Source: a virus
Direction: 5' to 3' (one strand)
IMG/VR virus record: IMGVR_UViG_3300005825_000044
Location: 1-35,961 of that record
DNA: 35,961 nucleotides
Part shown: one piece after another, positions 18,114 to 25,920 of the stretch
Position numbering within the stretch: position 1 is the stretch's first letter
How the letters are laid out: every line of letters starts with the position of its first letter
The notes under the pieces: model-generated
Told to the model about the DNA's origin: nothing
Database searches by the model: none
The model's input: only the letters and a program-made list of their open reading frames with translations
Made by a program: the position numbers and the translations under genes

Positions 18114-18623
18114 TCACCCGGTCTGTCCACTCTTTTCTGCAACTCGCGAGAGCACCTCCCGACGCCCCGAAGAATCGACGACTACGCGGAACCCGTAGAT
18201 GCCGCAGAGCCTCCGGCCGTTCGCGCTCAGCTCGGCGCCGTCGTAGAACGACTCGTCGCCCGACTCCAGCGCGGAGAAGACAGCGCTCTTGACGACGAGG
18301 TCTACAGCACGAAGCACAGCCGCGGGGAACACCTCCCAGTCCTCGCGATGAAACCGCTCGGCGAGCTTGAACGCGACGAGTTTTTCGCGCACGGCTTCAA
18401 GCTCCTCTGGAAGCGCTGCCCTGATCGACTTGTGGTTACTGAAACCCCGCTGACGCGGGTAGGAGTGGTGACCGTCGGGCGAGAACTTCTCTCCACCCTC
18501 GACCTCGACGAACGCGCGCATCACGCGTGTCACCACCACCACCCGCTCGGGTTGACGGTACACACCGCCACTGCGCCGGATCACCTGCTGACCCACCTCG
18601 AACACACTGCTTGTCGTTGCCAT
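18114..18623 (-). CDS. hypothetical early-type protein (169 aa)
   Basis: ATG downstream of repeat copy 1; SH3-like N-terminus FEVGQQV; lower GC. Confidence 0.7.
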   Translation of the reverse strand: MATTSSVFEVGQQVIRRSGGVYRQPERVVVVTRVMRAFVEVEGGEKFSPDGHHSYPRQRGFSNHKSIRAALPEELEAVREKLVAFKLAERFHREDWEVFPAAVLRAVDLVVKSAVFSALESGDESFYDGAELSANGRRLCGIYGFRVVVDSSGRREVLSRVAEKSGQTG

Positions 18624-18631
18624 CGTTCCTT

Positions 18632-18664
18632 GCTCTCTTTCCGGCCGTCTCGCGGCCTAGCCCT
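18632..18664. repeat. 33-bp intergenic direct repeat, copy 1
   Basis: GCTCTCTTTCCGGCCGTCTCGCGGCCTAGCCCT, identical to 18892-18924. Confidence 0.97.
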
Positions 18665-18884
18665 TCAAGATCTCGGCAGTGGCCGCCGAAAGCTCATGCA
18701 GCATCGCGACCACCCGCTCGGGGCGAGTGCCTTCGTCGAGGCTAAGCACCACGCCGAGCACGGCCGAGTCGACTAGACCGGCGCGCAGAGCAGGCGAGAC
18801 GTGATCCCAGCCGCTGCCGAGTTGCGCCCGTGCCTGGGCAACGCACCGCTTTGCAATGCCTGCGATTCGCGCATGTCGGTCCAT
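18657..18884 (-). CDS. hypothetical protein (75 aa)
   Basis: Lies between the two 33-bp repeats; its TAG is supplied by repeat copy 1. Confidence 0.7.
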   Translation of the reverse strand: MDRHARIAGIAKRCVAQARAQLGSGWDHVSPALRAGLVDSAVLGVVLSLDEGTRPERVVAMLHELSAATAEILKG

Positions 18885-18891
18885 CGTCCCC

Positions 18892-18924
18892 GCTCTCTTT
18901 CCGGCCGTCTCGCGGCCTAGCCCT
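18892..18924. repeat. 33-bp intergenic direct repeat, copy 2
   Basis: Exact match to 18632-18664. Confidence 0.97.
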
Positions 18925-19132
18925 ACCGGCTCCTCACGATCGAGACCTGAAACTCGGAGTCGCCGATCCGGACCACGAGCCCGGAGCTGCCACCAGCGAA
19001 CCCGCGCTCCTCAAAGGTCTCGACGCGGAGTCGCTCCATGGGCTCGAGCACGTCGTCGAACAACCCGTCCTCGTCTCCACTTTCGATCGCGTCCTTCAAG
19101 CACGACTCGAAATCGGTTTCGCTGATCTCCAT
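18923..19132 (-). CDS. small acidic hypothetical protein (69 aa)
   Basis: ATG at 19132 with SD GAGGAG, directly downstream of the promoter at 19179-19207; ...VETFEERG...GLVVRIGDSEFQVSIV. Confidence 0.75.
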   Translation of the reverse strand: MEISETDFESCLKDAIESGDEDGLFDDVLEPMERLRVETFEERGFAGGSSGLVVRIGDSEFQVSIVRSR

Positions 19133-19178
19133 CGTCGTTCTCCTCTTTCCGGGCCGGCTCATCGCCGACCATGTGAAG

Positions 19179-19207
19179 ACTATAAACCCAGCCCCGGGGG
19201 GTGTCCA
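19179..19207 (-). promoter_or_regulatory. sigma70-type promoter TGGACA-N17-TATAGT
   Basis: Twin of 1928-1956; AT-rich tract upstream at 19211-19224. Confidence 0.85.
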
Positions 19208-19234
19208 CACTTATTTTGAGAAATCGTACAAGCC

Positions 19235-20188
19235 CTACGTGTCCCCTCGAGGAGACACGGCGCCGAGTCCCCAGAGCGCTGCCCGGAGCGCGCTCTCCGG
19301 GGCGTCGTCCGGGGACTGCTCGAGCCGCAGCCGGACGACCTCGAGCCGCCGGCCCAGGGTCTGCTCCACCGCCCGGGCCGCGGCGTCACCGGCGTCGTCG
19401 GGGTCCGTCGCGACGACGAGTCTCCGGAACCTGCTCAGCACCGCGGCCTTGCCCGGGGTCACCGCGGATCCCAGCAGCGCGCAGGGGTTCACCGCGCCGG
19501 CGCGCTCCAGCGCGAGCGCCGACCACACACCCTCCGCGACGGTCGCTGTGTCGGCACCGTCGAAGCCGGGCTCTCCGAAGACCGCGAGGTCGTCGCGCGC
19601 GCCGTCGGAGCGACGCGCCATGTCGTAGCGCCTCGCGTCTTCGAGGTAGCTCCGCGCGCTCCACGTCCGGAGCGCGCCCGCGGTGTACACCGGCACGACG
19701 ACCCGGTGCTGCAGCTTGCCGCGCGTTGCGTAGCCGACACCCCAACGCAGGACCTGATCCCAGCTCGCGCGCCGCAGCACGTAGCGCAGCGCGGGCTCAA
19801 ACCACTGCCGCTGCTCGCGCGGGAACTCGACGCCGGCGGGAAACGCGAGGTGGGAGTGCCGCACCACGAGACGGGAGACGACGCGGGGCACCGACGCGTC
19901 GCGCGGGATGTCCTCACCGCGCGCGAAGCCACGAACGAACGCGCGGGCCTCGCGCACCGAGACGCCGCGCACCGCCGCGACGAGGTCCCAGAGCCCGCCG
20001 CCGAAGCCGCAGCTCTTGCAGAGGTGGAAGCCGTGCCGCTTCTCCCCGGGGTCGTCGCGCACAAACCAGCTCGGGTGCTTGTCGTCGTGGTCCGGAGACG
20101 GGCACCGCGCGAGCCACTTCGTGCGACCGCTACGCTTCGCGTCGATGCCGAGCGCCTCGAGCAGCGCGCCGACGTCAGGAGCCGGCAC
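19235..20188 (-). CDS. dnaG: DNA primase (CHC2 zinc finger + TOPRIM)
   Basis: CPSPDHDDKHPS...CKSCG zinc finger; TOPRIM AEG and DPDDAG; adjacent to dnaB. Confidence 0.9.
   Translation of the reverse strand: MPAPDVGALLEALGIDAKRSGRTKWLARCPSPDHDDKHPSWFVRDDPGEKRHGFHLCKSCGFGGGLWDLVAAVRGVSVREARAFVRGFARGEDIPRDASVPRVVSRLVVRHSHLAFPAGVEFPREQRQWFEPALRYVLRRASWDQVLRWGVGYATRGKLQHRVVVPVYTAGALRTWSARSYLEDARRYDMARRSDGARDDLAVFGEPGFDGADTATVAEGVWSALALERAGAVNPCALLGSAVTPGKAAVLSRFRRLVVATDPDDAGDAAARAVEQTLGRRLEVVRLRLEQSPDDAPESALRAALWGLGAVSPRGDT
19238..19259. repeat. dispersed palindrome copy 2 (CGTGTCCCCTCGAGGAGACACG)
   Basis: Encodes the last primase codons (VSPRGDT*); ~30 bp upstream of the -35 box. Confidence 0.95.
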
Positions 20189-21622
20189 TCAGTCCCTGCG
20201 CTCCCGGCGCGCGAGCTTCTTGCGGCCGGTCTTGATCGAGCTGACCGAGCGGACGTCGCCGTGCTCCTCCATCACCTGCTCGAGCCCGGGGTTGTAGGCG
20301 ACCTCGACGCCGCCGGTGATCCTCGATACCGAGGGCTGCCACTCGAACTGCACCGCCCAGTTGGCCGACGCGCCCTTGCGCTGCTTCAGGCAGATGACCT
20401 CGAACTTGTCGTCGTCGACCGCCTTGAACTGCGCGTCCCTGTGGCAGCCGAAGATCAGGTCGGGGATCTCGACGTAGCCGGCGCTGCCTTTGATCGCGTC
20501 ACGCGTCGGCCGCTTGTCGGTCCGCCGCTCCACGTCCTTGAGCGTGAGCTGCTGCACACCTACCCCGAACACACCGTACTCCCGCCACATCGCCTGCTGC
20601 CGAGTCAGCGCGCTCATGATCCCGTCCGGCGACGTGTCGATCAGCATCCGCTCGTAGAGGTCGCAGACGCATGCGTCGCACCCGCTCTCCGCGAGGTAGC
20701 CCTCGAACAGGTCGAGGCACCGGTCGTTGCCGCGCTCCCAGCGCTCCCGCTGCGAGCGGAGGTCGAAGAACGCGTTGTCCATGAACTTGACGCGCGACAC
20801 GAGCCAGCGCGTCGCGCGCTGGATCTGCCGGGCCTCCTCCGCGGAAAGCTCGCCGCGGATCACGCGCTGCACGTCGGTGCCGGTGAGCGCGCACGCCATG
20901 AGGTCGAGAATGTTCTCCGATCCCATCTCCCAGGGGCAGAACAAGACGCGCCTGCCCTGCTTCGCGAGGTTGATCACGAGGTTGACGACGAACGTGCTCT
21001 TGCCGCTGCCCGGCAGCCCCGTGATCAGCGCGAAGCGGCCCGGCATCGCTCCCTCGGCGAGCCTCTCGTCGAGCGCGGAGAACCCGGTCAGCCACCTCGG
21101 CCGCTTCTCCATCCGCGCGCGGAGGTCGGCCAAGTAGGCGCGCTCCAGCTCCTCGCCGCGACGCATGTGCCGGCGACCGCCGCCGCCCTGCACGGCCTGG
21201 AGCACGGCGCGCGCGGCAGCGACGACGCGGTCAGGCCCCGCCCTGCCGTCGCTCAGCTCCTTGAGCAGCTCCGGCACCGGGCCCTCGAGCGTCCGAGCCC
21301 GTGTCGCGTCCCAGCGCACCGTCTCGACGTGGTAGGCCAGGTTGGGAGCGACCCCGGCGTCCGCCGCGACCTCCTCGAAGTAGTCGCCGTCCTCGAAGCC
21401 CTCGGCCGCGAGCAGCAGCCCCATCGTCTCGTCGGAGTACTCGAGCCCGCGGTCGCTGAGCGCTCGCAGCGCTCTCCAGATCGCGCCGTGCGCGGGGAAC
21501 AAGAACTCGGACGCGCTGACCCCGTGCACCAGCGCGCGGCGCGAGTCGGCGTCAGCGATCGCTGCCCTGATCAGGACCTGCTCGTTCGCCGCGTCGACCA
21601 CCACGTCCTTTGGCTTCGCCAC
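20189..21622 (-). CDS. dnaB: DnaB-like replicative helicase
   Basis: N-terminal NEQVLI...F.FPAHGAIW, TGFSALD, Walker A GLPGSGKST, WEM, QQL...E.R.DKRP...IKGS, KQR.G. Confidence 0.92.
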   Translation of the reverse strand: MAKPKDVVVDAANEQVLIRAAIADADSRRALVHGVSASEFLFPAHGAIWRALRALSDRGLEYSDETMGLLLAAEGFEDGDYFEEVAADAGVAPNLAYHVETVRWDATRARTLEGPVPELLKELSDGRAGPDRVVAAARAVLQAVQGGGGRRHMRRGEELERAYLADLRARMEKRPRWLTGFSALDERLAEGAMPGRFALITGLPGSGKSTFVVNLVINLAKQGRRVLFCPWEMGSENILDLMACALTGTDVQRVIRGELSAEEARQIQRATRWLVSRVKFMDNAFFDLRSQRERWERGNDRCLDLFEGYLAESGCDACVCDLYERMLIDTSPDGIMSALTRQQAMWREYGVFGVGVQQLTLKDVERRTDKRPTRDAIKGSAGYVEIPDLIFGCHRDAQFKAVDDDKFEVICLKQRKGASANWAVQFEWQPSVSRITGGVEVAYNPGLEQVMEEHGDVRSVSSIKTGRKKLARRERRD

Positions 21623-22105
21623 TCACGACCTCCTGGAGCGAGACGCGGTCCGCTTCTGGTCGACCAGGTAGTCCGTGAAGAACGCCGCGCTGAACTGCAG
21701 CCGCCACGACATCCGGTTACGGGTGTTGCCGACGCGCTGCGCGTAGTCCTCCCTCCCCTTCTCCCGCTCCCAGCTCCACACCACGAAGCTCGCCATCGCG
21801 TCGGCGTCCCCGCCAAACCGGTCGCGCAGCATCGCGGACGCGACGCGCACCGCAGCGGAGAACAACCCGCGCTCTGCAAGCTCCTCCGGGACGACCCCGT
21901 GCGTGAGGTCGTGGCAGAACGCGTAGAGCCCGACGAACGTCGTCGCAGTCGAGCCCTCCCAGTCACCGCTCGCGGAGCGGCGCCGCGCGTCGTCCATCGC
22001 GGAGTCGATCGGCCGCAGCTTCTTCGCGCGCTCCCCGTGGTGAGCACGGCTCTCCGCCGCGTCACTCCTACGCCTGCGCACGAACTGGGACGCCGAACCC
22101 ATCAC
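21623..22105 (-). CDS. hypothetical protein upstream of dnaB
   Basis: Abuts dnaB; ATGA overlap with the upstream gene. Confidence 0.7.
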   Translation of the reverse strand: MMGSASQFVRRRRSDAAESRAHHGERAKKLRPIDSAMDDARRRSASGDWEGSTATTFVGLYAFCHDLTHGVVPEELAERGLFSAAVRVASAMLRDRFGGDADAMASFVVWSWEREKGREDYAQRVGNTRNRMSWRLQFSAAFFTDYLVDQKRTASRSRRS

Positions 22106-22350
22106 TTCCCCGCGAGGTCGCGCTCGAACTCCTCGACAGCGGCTCGACCGTGACGCTCAGCCCGAGCGCGCAGGAACGCGTAGACGCGCTCGTACTCCAC
22201 CTCGACGTCGTCGCCCTCCACGAGCTGCCGCGTGTACCAGGCACCACCGATGGTGATCGAGCTGTACGTGCCAGGCGGGCTGATCTTCTGCTCCGGGTAC
22301 TTCACGACGAGCGTGTCGCCGTCACGCGCAACCAGTTTCACCTCTGCCAT
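22102..22350 (-). CDS. hypothetical protein (82 aa)
   Basis: SD GGAGG before the ATG; overlaps its neighbours. Confidence 0.7.
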   Translation of the reverse strand: MAEVKLVARDGDTLVVKYPEQKISPPGTYSSITIGGAWYTRQLVEGDDVEVEYERVYAFLRARAERHGRAAVEEFERDLAGK

Positions 22351-23876
22351 CTGCGTTCCTCCTTCGGTTCAAACCGTACCCACTGGCCGGCGCGAAGGAC
22401 CTCGACGTCGCCGTCGTTCCACGCCGCGAGCTTCTTGACCTGGTCCGGGAAGACGTGCCGGTCCCAGACGTAGTACAGGAACGCGCGATCCTTGCCCGGG
22501 GCGCTGCGGCAGATCCTGCCGCGGACCTGACCGAAGAACTGGCGGTTATTACCGATCGGCGTCGCGCAGATCCCGGACCGGAGCCGCGGCATGTCGATAC
22601 CGACCCCGATCGCCTGGTAGGTGCCGGCCACGGCCTCGACGAGACCGCGCTCGACGAACGCGCTCGCCTCGTCAAAGCGGTCGGACTGCCCGCCGACCAT
22701 CACGCCGCAGCGCAGCCCGGCGTCGACGAGCATCCGCTCCACGTCGTCGACGTGCTCCCTGCGGTGCGAGAACACGAGCACGGGCGCGGCAGAGCCGTCG
22801 CCCCACTGGCCGCTGCTGCGCTCCCCGCCGGCGACGTCGCGCACCACGTCCCGGATCAGCGCGTCGCGCGCTCGATCTGCGATCACCTCGTCGACCAGGC
22901 GCTTGTGGTCCTTCTCGGCGCCGCGTGCGCGCCTGTACCACTCCGCCTCGAAGTCGCTCGGGACGACGCGGACCGTCACCGGCACGTTGAAGCCCGACTC
23001 GATCACGGCCGACCTGTCGATCTCGGCGATCACCGGGCCGAAGACGTCGTACGTCAGCCGCTCCTTGCCGTCGTTCCTGGTCTCGTCCGCGGAGAACCCG
23101 ACGCGGAGCATCGCGGGGAACGCGTCGACGATCTCGAACACGGTCCGCGCCGGGACCTCCTGGATCTCGTCGACGAGCACGACGTCGAAGTGCCGGACGA
23201 AGTCGACGAGCGGAAACCGCTTCGCCCACAGGCTCTGCTGCAGCGCCAGCGTGAGCCGCTCCCCGACGCGGTGCTTCTTCCCGCCGGCGATCACCCCGAT
23301 CTCGTCGGGCCGCAGACCGAGGTGGCGAACAGCCTTCTTGTGCCACTGCTCGAGCAGCTTCGCGGAGCGCATGATCGCGACGACCCTGCCGCGGCTCGCC
23401 GCAGCGAGCGCGAGCGCGATGTGCGTCTTCCCGCCACCGGTCGCGGCGCGGACGATCCCCTGCTGCTTCTCGAGGCAGACCCGGAGAGCGTCGCGCTGCA
23501 GCTCGAACAACTCCGCTGCGGGGTCGTCGGGGTCCGCAGTGAACGGCGGCCACTCAACGTCGGGGCCCCGGACTCGTCGGTCCTGCAGGCGCAGCGGGAT
23601 GCCGTGGCGCTTGGCAGCCGCGCGCAGTTTCGCAAGCGAACCACGGCCAAGCGTGAACACCCCGTCGTCTTGGTCGATCCGCCACGTCGAGAGCTTCGAC
23701 GGGAGGTGGCCGGTGTACCGGCCCATCGCCTTGAGCTTCGCGCGGTCCGGGTTCGCGTACGACGTCTCGGCCTTCAGCTCGGACAGGAACGGCGCGATGT
23801 CCGACGCGCGAGTGTACCCCTGCGGATCGACCCGGAGTCGGTTGTCGACGACGACGTTCGCGAACTTGTTCTGCAC
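22338..23876 (-). CDS. SF2 helicase (UvsW/ResIII/XPB-like)
   Basis: Q motif, ATGGGKT, VDEIQ, GFSA, GIDMP, QVRGRICR. Confidence 0.9.
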   Translation of the reverse strand: MQNKFANVVVDNRLRVDPQGYTRASDIAPFLSELKAETSYANPDRAKLKAMGRYTGHLPSKLSTWRIDQDDGVFTLGRGSLAKLRAAAKRHGIPLRLQDRRVRGPDVEWPPFTADPDDPAAELFELQRDALRVCLEKQQGIVRAATGGGKTHIALALAAASRGRVVAIMRSAKLLEQWHKKAVRHLGLRPDEIGVIAGGKKHRVGERLTLALQQSLWAKRFPLVDFVRHFDVVLVDEIQEVPARTVFEIVDAFPAMLRVGFSADETRNDGKERLTYDVFGPVIAEIDRSAVIESGFNVPVTVRVVPSDFEAEWYRRARGAEKDHKRLVDEVIADRARDALIRDVVRDVAGGERSSGQWGDGSAAPVLVFSHRREHVDDVERMLVDAGLRCGVMVGGQSDRFDEASAFVERGLVEAVAGTYQAIGVGIDMPRLRSGICATPIGNNRQFFGQVRGRICRSAPGKDRAFLYYVWDRHVFPDQVKKLAAWNDGDVEVLRAGQWVRFEPKEERRWQR

Positions 23877-23927
23877 CGCACCTCAAACGTACCGCCCCGC
23901 GACGCTTCTCGGATCCTGAGAGCAGCG

Positions 23928-23945
23928 TGTCTCCTCGAGGGGACA
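23928..23945. repeat. dispersed palindrome copy 3 (TGTCTCCTCGAGGGGACA)
   Basis: Read directly. Confidence 0.95.
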
Positions 23946-24014
23946 AACTTCCACGCCGCTCTCGGATCCGAGATCACACCACTCGTCGTCCGCGCGGTGC
24001 CCCACCGCGCGGTT

Positions 24015-24040
24015 ACTCCTTTCGCGTTAGCGAAAGGAGT
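24015..24040. terminator. perfect 11-bp hairpin ACTCCTTTCGC-GTTA-GCGAAAGGAGT
   Basis: Stem read directly; only a short T run on the plus strand, so terminator function is uncertain. Confidence 0.35.
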
Positions 24041-24227
24041 TTAGAACTAGATCAACCTCTGATCCGAATGAGGGATCTAGGAGGATCAACCTCAGTTAAC
24101 CCTACGGCCGGATCCGGCCGAGTTAAGTGATCCGGCCGGATCACGTTAATAGGCCCGGCGCGCGCGCGCGCGTCCTTATAACGTCAAGAATATAAACGAA
24201 GCCCTGACGTTTCCAAGCTTCTGGAAA

Positions 24228-24245
24228 TGTCCCCTCGAGGGGACA
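24228..24245. repeat. dispersed palindrome copy 4 (TGTCCCCTCGAGGGGACA, perfect)
   Basis: 3 bp after the stop of the last structural gene. Confidence 0.95.
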
Positions 24246-24248
24246 CCG

Positions 24249-25877
24249 TCAGTCGTTGCGCGGGCCGGGGTCGAGGATCGTCACACCGACCGCGTACACG
24301 GTATCGCCGACAGCGCCGGAGTTGACCACGGCGTCGTAGAAGGTCGTCTCGGTATCGATGTTGGTCTCCCCTGACGCACCGACGTTGACGTTCTGCAATC
24401 CGGTGCCGGACGTCGTGTCGCTGTTCTCGTTGCTCGTCGTCGGGGCTGTCGGAGTGGACCACGAAATGCCGGACCTCTTCTGGAGGTAGACGGTGCTCGG
24501 GTTGCCGCCGTCGGTCGCCAAGATCAGTACGTCGATCGCCTGGAGGGTGCAGCCGTACGGGATCCTCAGACCGAGCCGGAGCACCTTGTTGACCCCCGTA
24601 GAGACCCAGTTGCCGGAGCCGTCGAGCGCCCAGCCCCCCTCGTCGCCGTCCGCCCACGAGATCGGCACGATGTACCGAACGGATCGAGTCGGCGAGTATT
24701 TGTAGTGGCCGCCGGCGTAGTAGTTGCCGAACTGACCGGAGCCCGCGGTCGGCGTCTTCTGCCACGGGTCGACGCCCGCTGTAGCGCCGGGCTCCATGTA
24801 GTAGTTACCGAAGCTCCCAGTGGTCGCACCCAGCGTGGACCGGAGCATCTGACTCGGATACGTCGCGTACTCCTGGGACCACTCCAGCGCGGCGGGGTCC
24901 CAGGACGCGTTAAGCGTGAGGGCGAAGTGACCCAGAGTGTTGAGCGACCCGGCGTAGAGTCGGATCGTGACCCCGTTGTCTCCAGTCGGGAACCGGGCAA
25001 GCTCCTTCCACTTGTTCGTGGCCTCGGGGTCGTCGCCGGGTACCTTCGTCGTCTTGATCAGCGGGACGTCTGCGGCGTCGGTGTCGACGACCTGACCCGC
25101 AGTGAAGACGTTCGCGCGGTTCTGGTGGGCAGCGACGTCGTTCACGTGGGCGAGAAGCTCGGTGAACACCGCGAGCACGGTGCCCGACGACAGCGAGAGC
25201 GGCGCGTCCGTGATGCCGGCGACCGGCACGGTGCCGCCGCTGAACCCGTTCAGCAGGTCGAGGAACGCCTGCAGCACGTCGCTGAGCTTCCGCTGCCGAA
25301 CCTCGGTCGGTGACCCCGTCAGCGCGAAGATGACCTCGGAGCGGTCGGTGTGGATGTCGGAGTCCGCGATCGCTGTGATGCCGTTGGTCAGCAGGACGTC
25401 GGCGACCAGGATCTCGTCGCCGCGCAGCGGAGGTCGGGCGCCGGCACCCGTCGCGGCTTCCGCTGCCTGGACGACGTGGATCTCGTAGCTGTCGTTCTCC
25501 TCGAGGAAGACGTCGTCGCCGTTGCCGTCCTCGCGGGGGTCCGCGTACGTCTTCTTGAACGCGACGAAGATCGATACCCACTTCTCGTCGTCGCCGAGCG
25601 GCAGCGTCGCGACGCTGTCCTCGTCCACCGAGAGGTCGACGTTCTGGATCGACGCCCACCTGATCTGGTTGCCGACCTGGTCGTAGACCACAGCGGGCGA
25701 GGAGAGGTCGACCGTGAGGTTCTGCGGGGAGTGCTCCGCCGCAGCCGCCCCGACGGCGATCCCGACGTAGTCGAACGCCGCGACGAACTCCTTGAACGCG
25801 TTCTCCACGGCGTCGAACGCCGCGTTGAACTCGGAGTTTCTGAACTTGTGCTTGTAGTAGGTCCTGATCCGCTGCAT
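24249..25877 (-). CDS. putative tail fibre / receptor-binding protein
   Basis: Last gene of the baseplate module; G/S/T/N-rich beta-type C-terminus. Confidence 0.55.
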   Translation of the reverse strand: MQRIRTYYKHKFRNSEFNAAFDAVENAFKEFVAAFDYVGIAVGAAAAEHSPQNLTVDLSSPAVVYDQVGNQIRWASIQNVDLSVDEDSVATLPLGDDEKWVSIFVAFKKTYADPREDGNGDDVFLEENDSYEIHVVQAAEAATGAGARPPLRGDEILVADVLLTNGITAIADSDIHTDRSEVIFALTGSPTEVRQRKLSDVLQAFLDLLNGFSGGTVPVAGITDAPLSLSSGTVLAVFTELLAHVNDVAAHQNRANVFTAGQVVDTDAADVPLIKTTKVPGDDPEATNKWKELARFPTGDNGVTIRLYAGSLNTLGHFALTLNASWDPAALEWSQEYATYPSQMLRSTLGATTGSFGNYYMEPGATAGVDPWQKTPTAGSGQFGNYYAGGHYKYSPTRSVRYIVPISWADGDEGGWALDGSGNWVSTGVNKVLRLGLRIPYGCTLQAIDVLILATDGGNPSTVYLQKRSGISWSTPTAPTTSNENSDTTSGTGLQNVNVGASGETNIDTETTFYDAVVNSGAVGDTVYAVGVTILDPGPRND

Positions 25878-25920
25878 GGACCCGAGGCTACACCGCGCCG
25901 CGCCGCGTCGTCAGCCGCCG

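Larger units (their letters stand above)
23877..24248. promoter_or_regulatory. intergenic control region, candidate replication origin
   Basis: Largest non-coding gap, between the structural and replication modules; lower GC, ten GATC, several perfect palindromes, bracketed by two copies of the 18-bp palindrome. Confidence 0.55.

Noticed and set aside
18632-18924. 33-bp repeats as a CRISPR array
   Set aside because: Only two full copies, separated by a 227-bp gene-containing spacer; no cas genes.
23554-24130. Small ORFs starting MSPRGD (23554-23946, 23927-24130) and the extended baseplate J start at 31121
   Set aside because: The recurring SPRGD peptide is just the translation of the DNA palindrome.
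24207-24230. ACGTTTCCA...TGGAAATGT as a canonical parS
   Set aside because: Spacing and sequence do not match TGTTTCACGTGAAACA-type sites; kept only as part of the control region.
25494-25512. TTCTCCTCGAGGAAGAC as a sixth palindrome copy
   Set aside because: Lacks the TGTC/GACA arms and lies inside a coding region.
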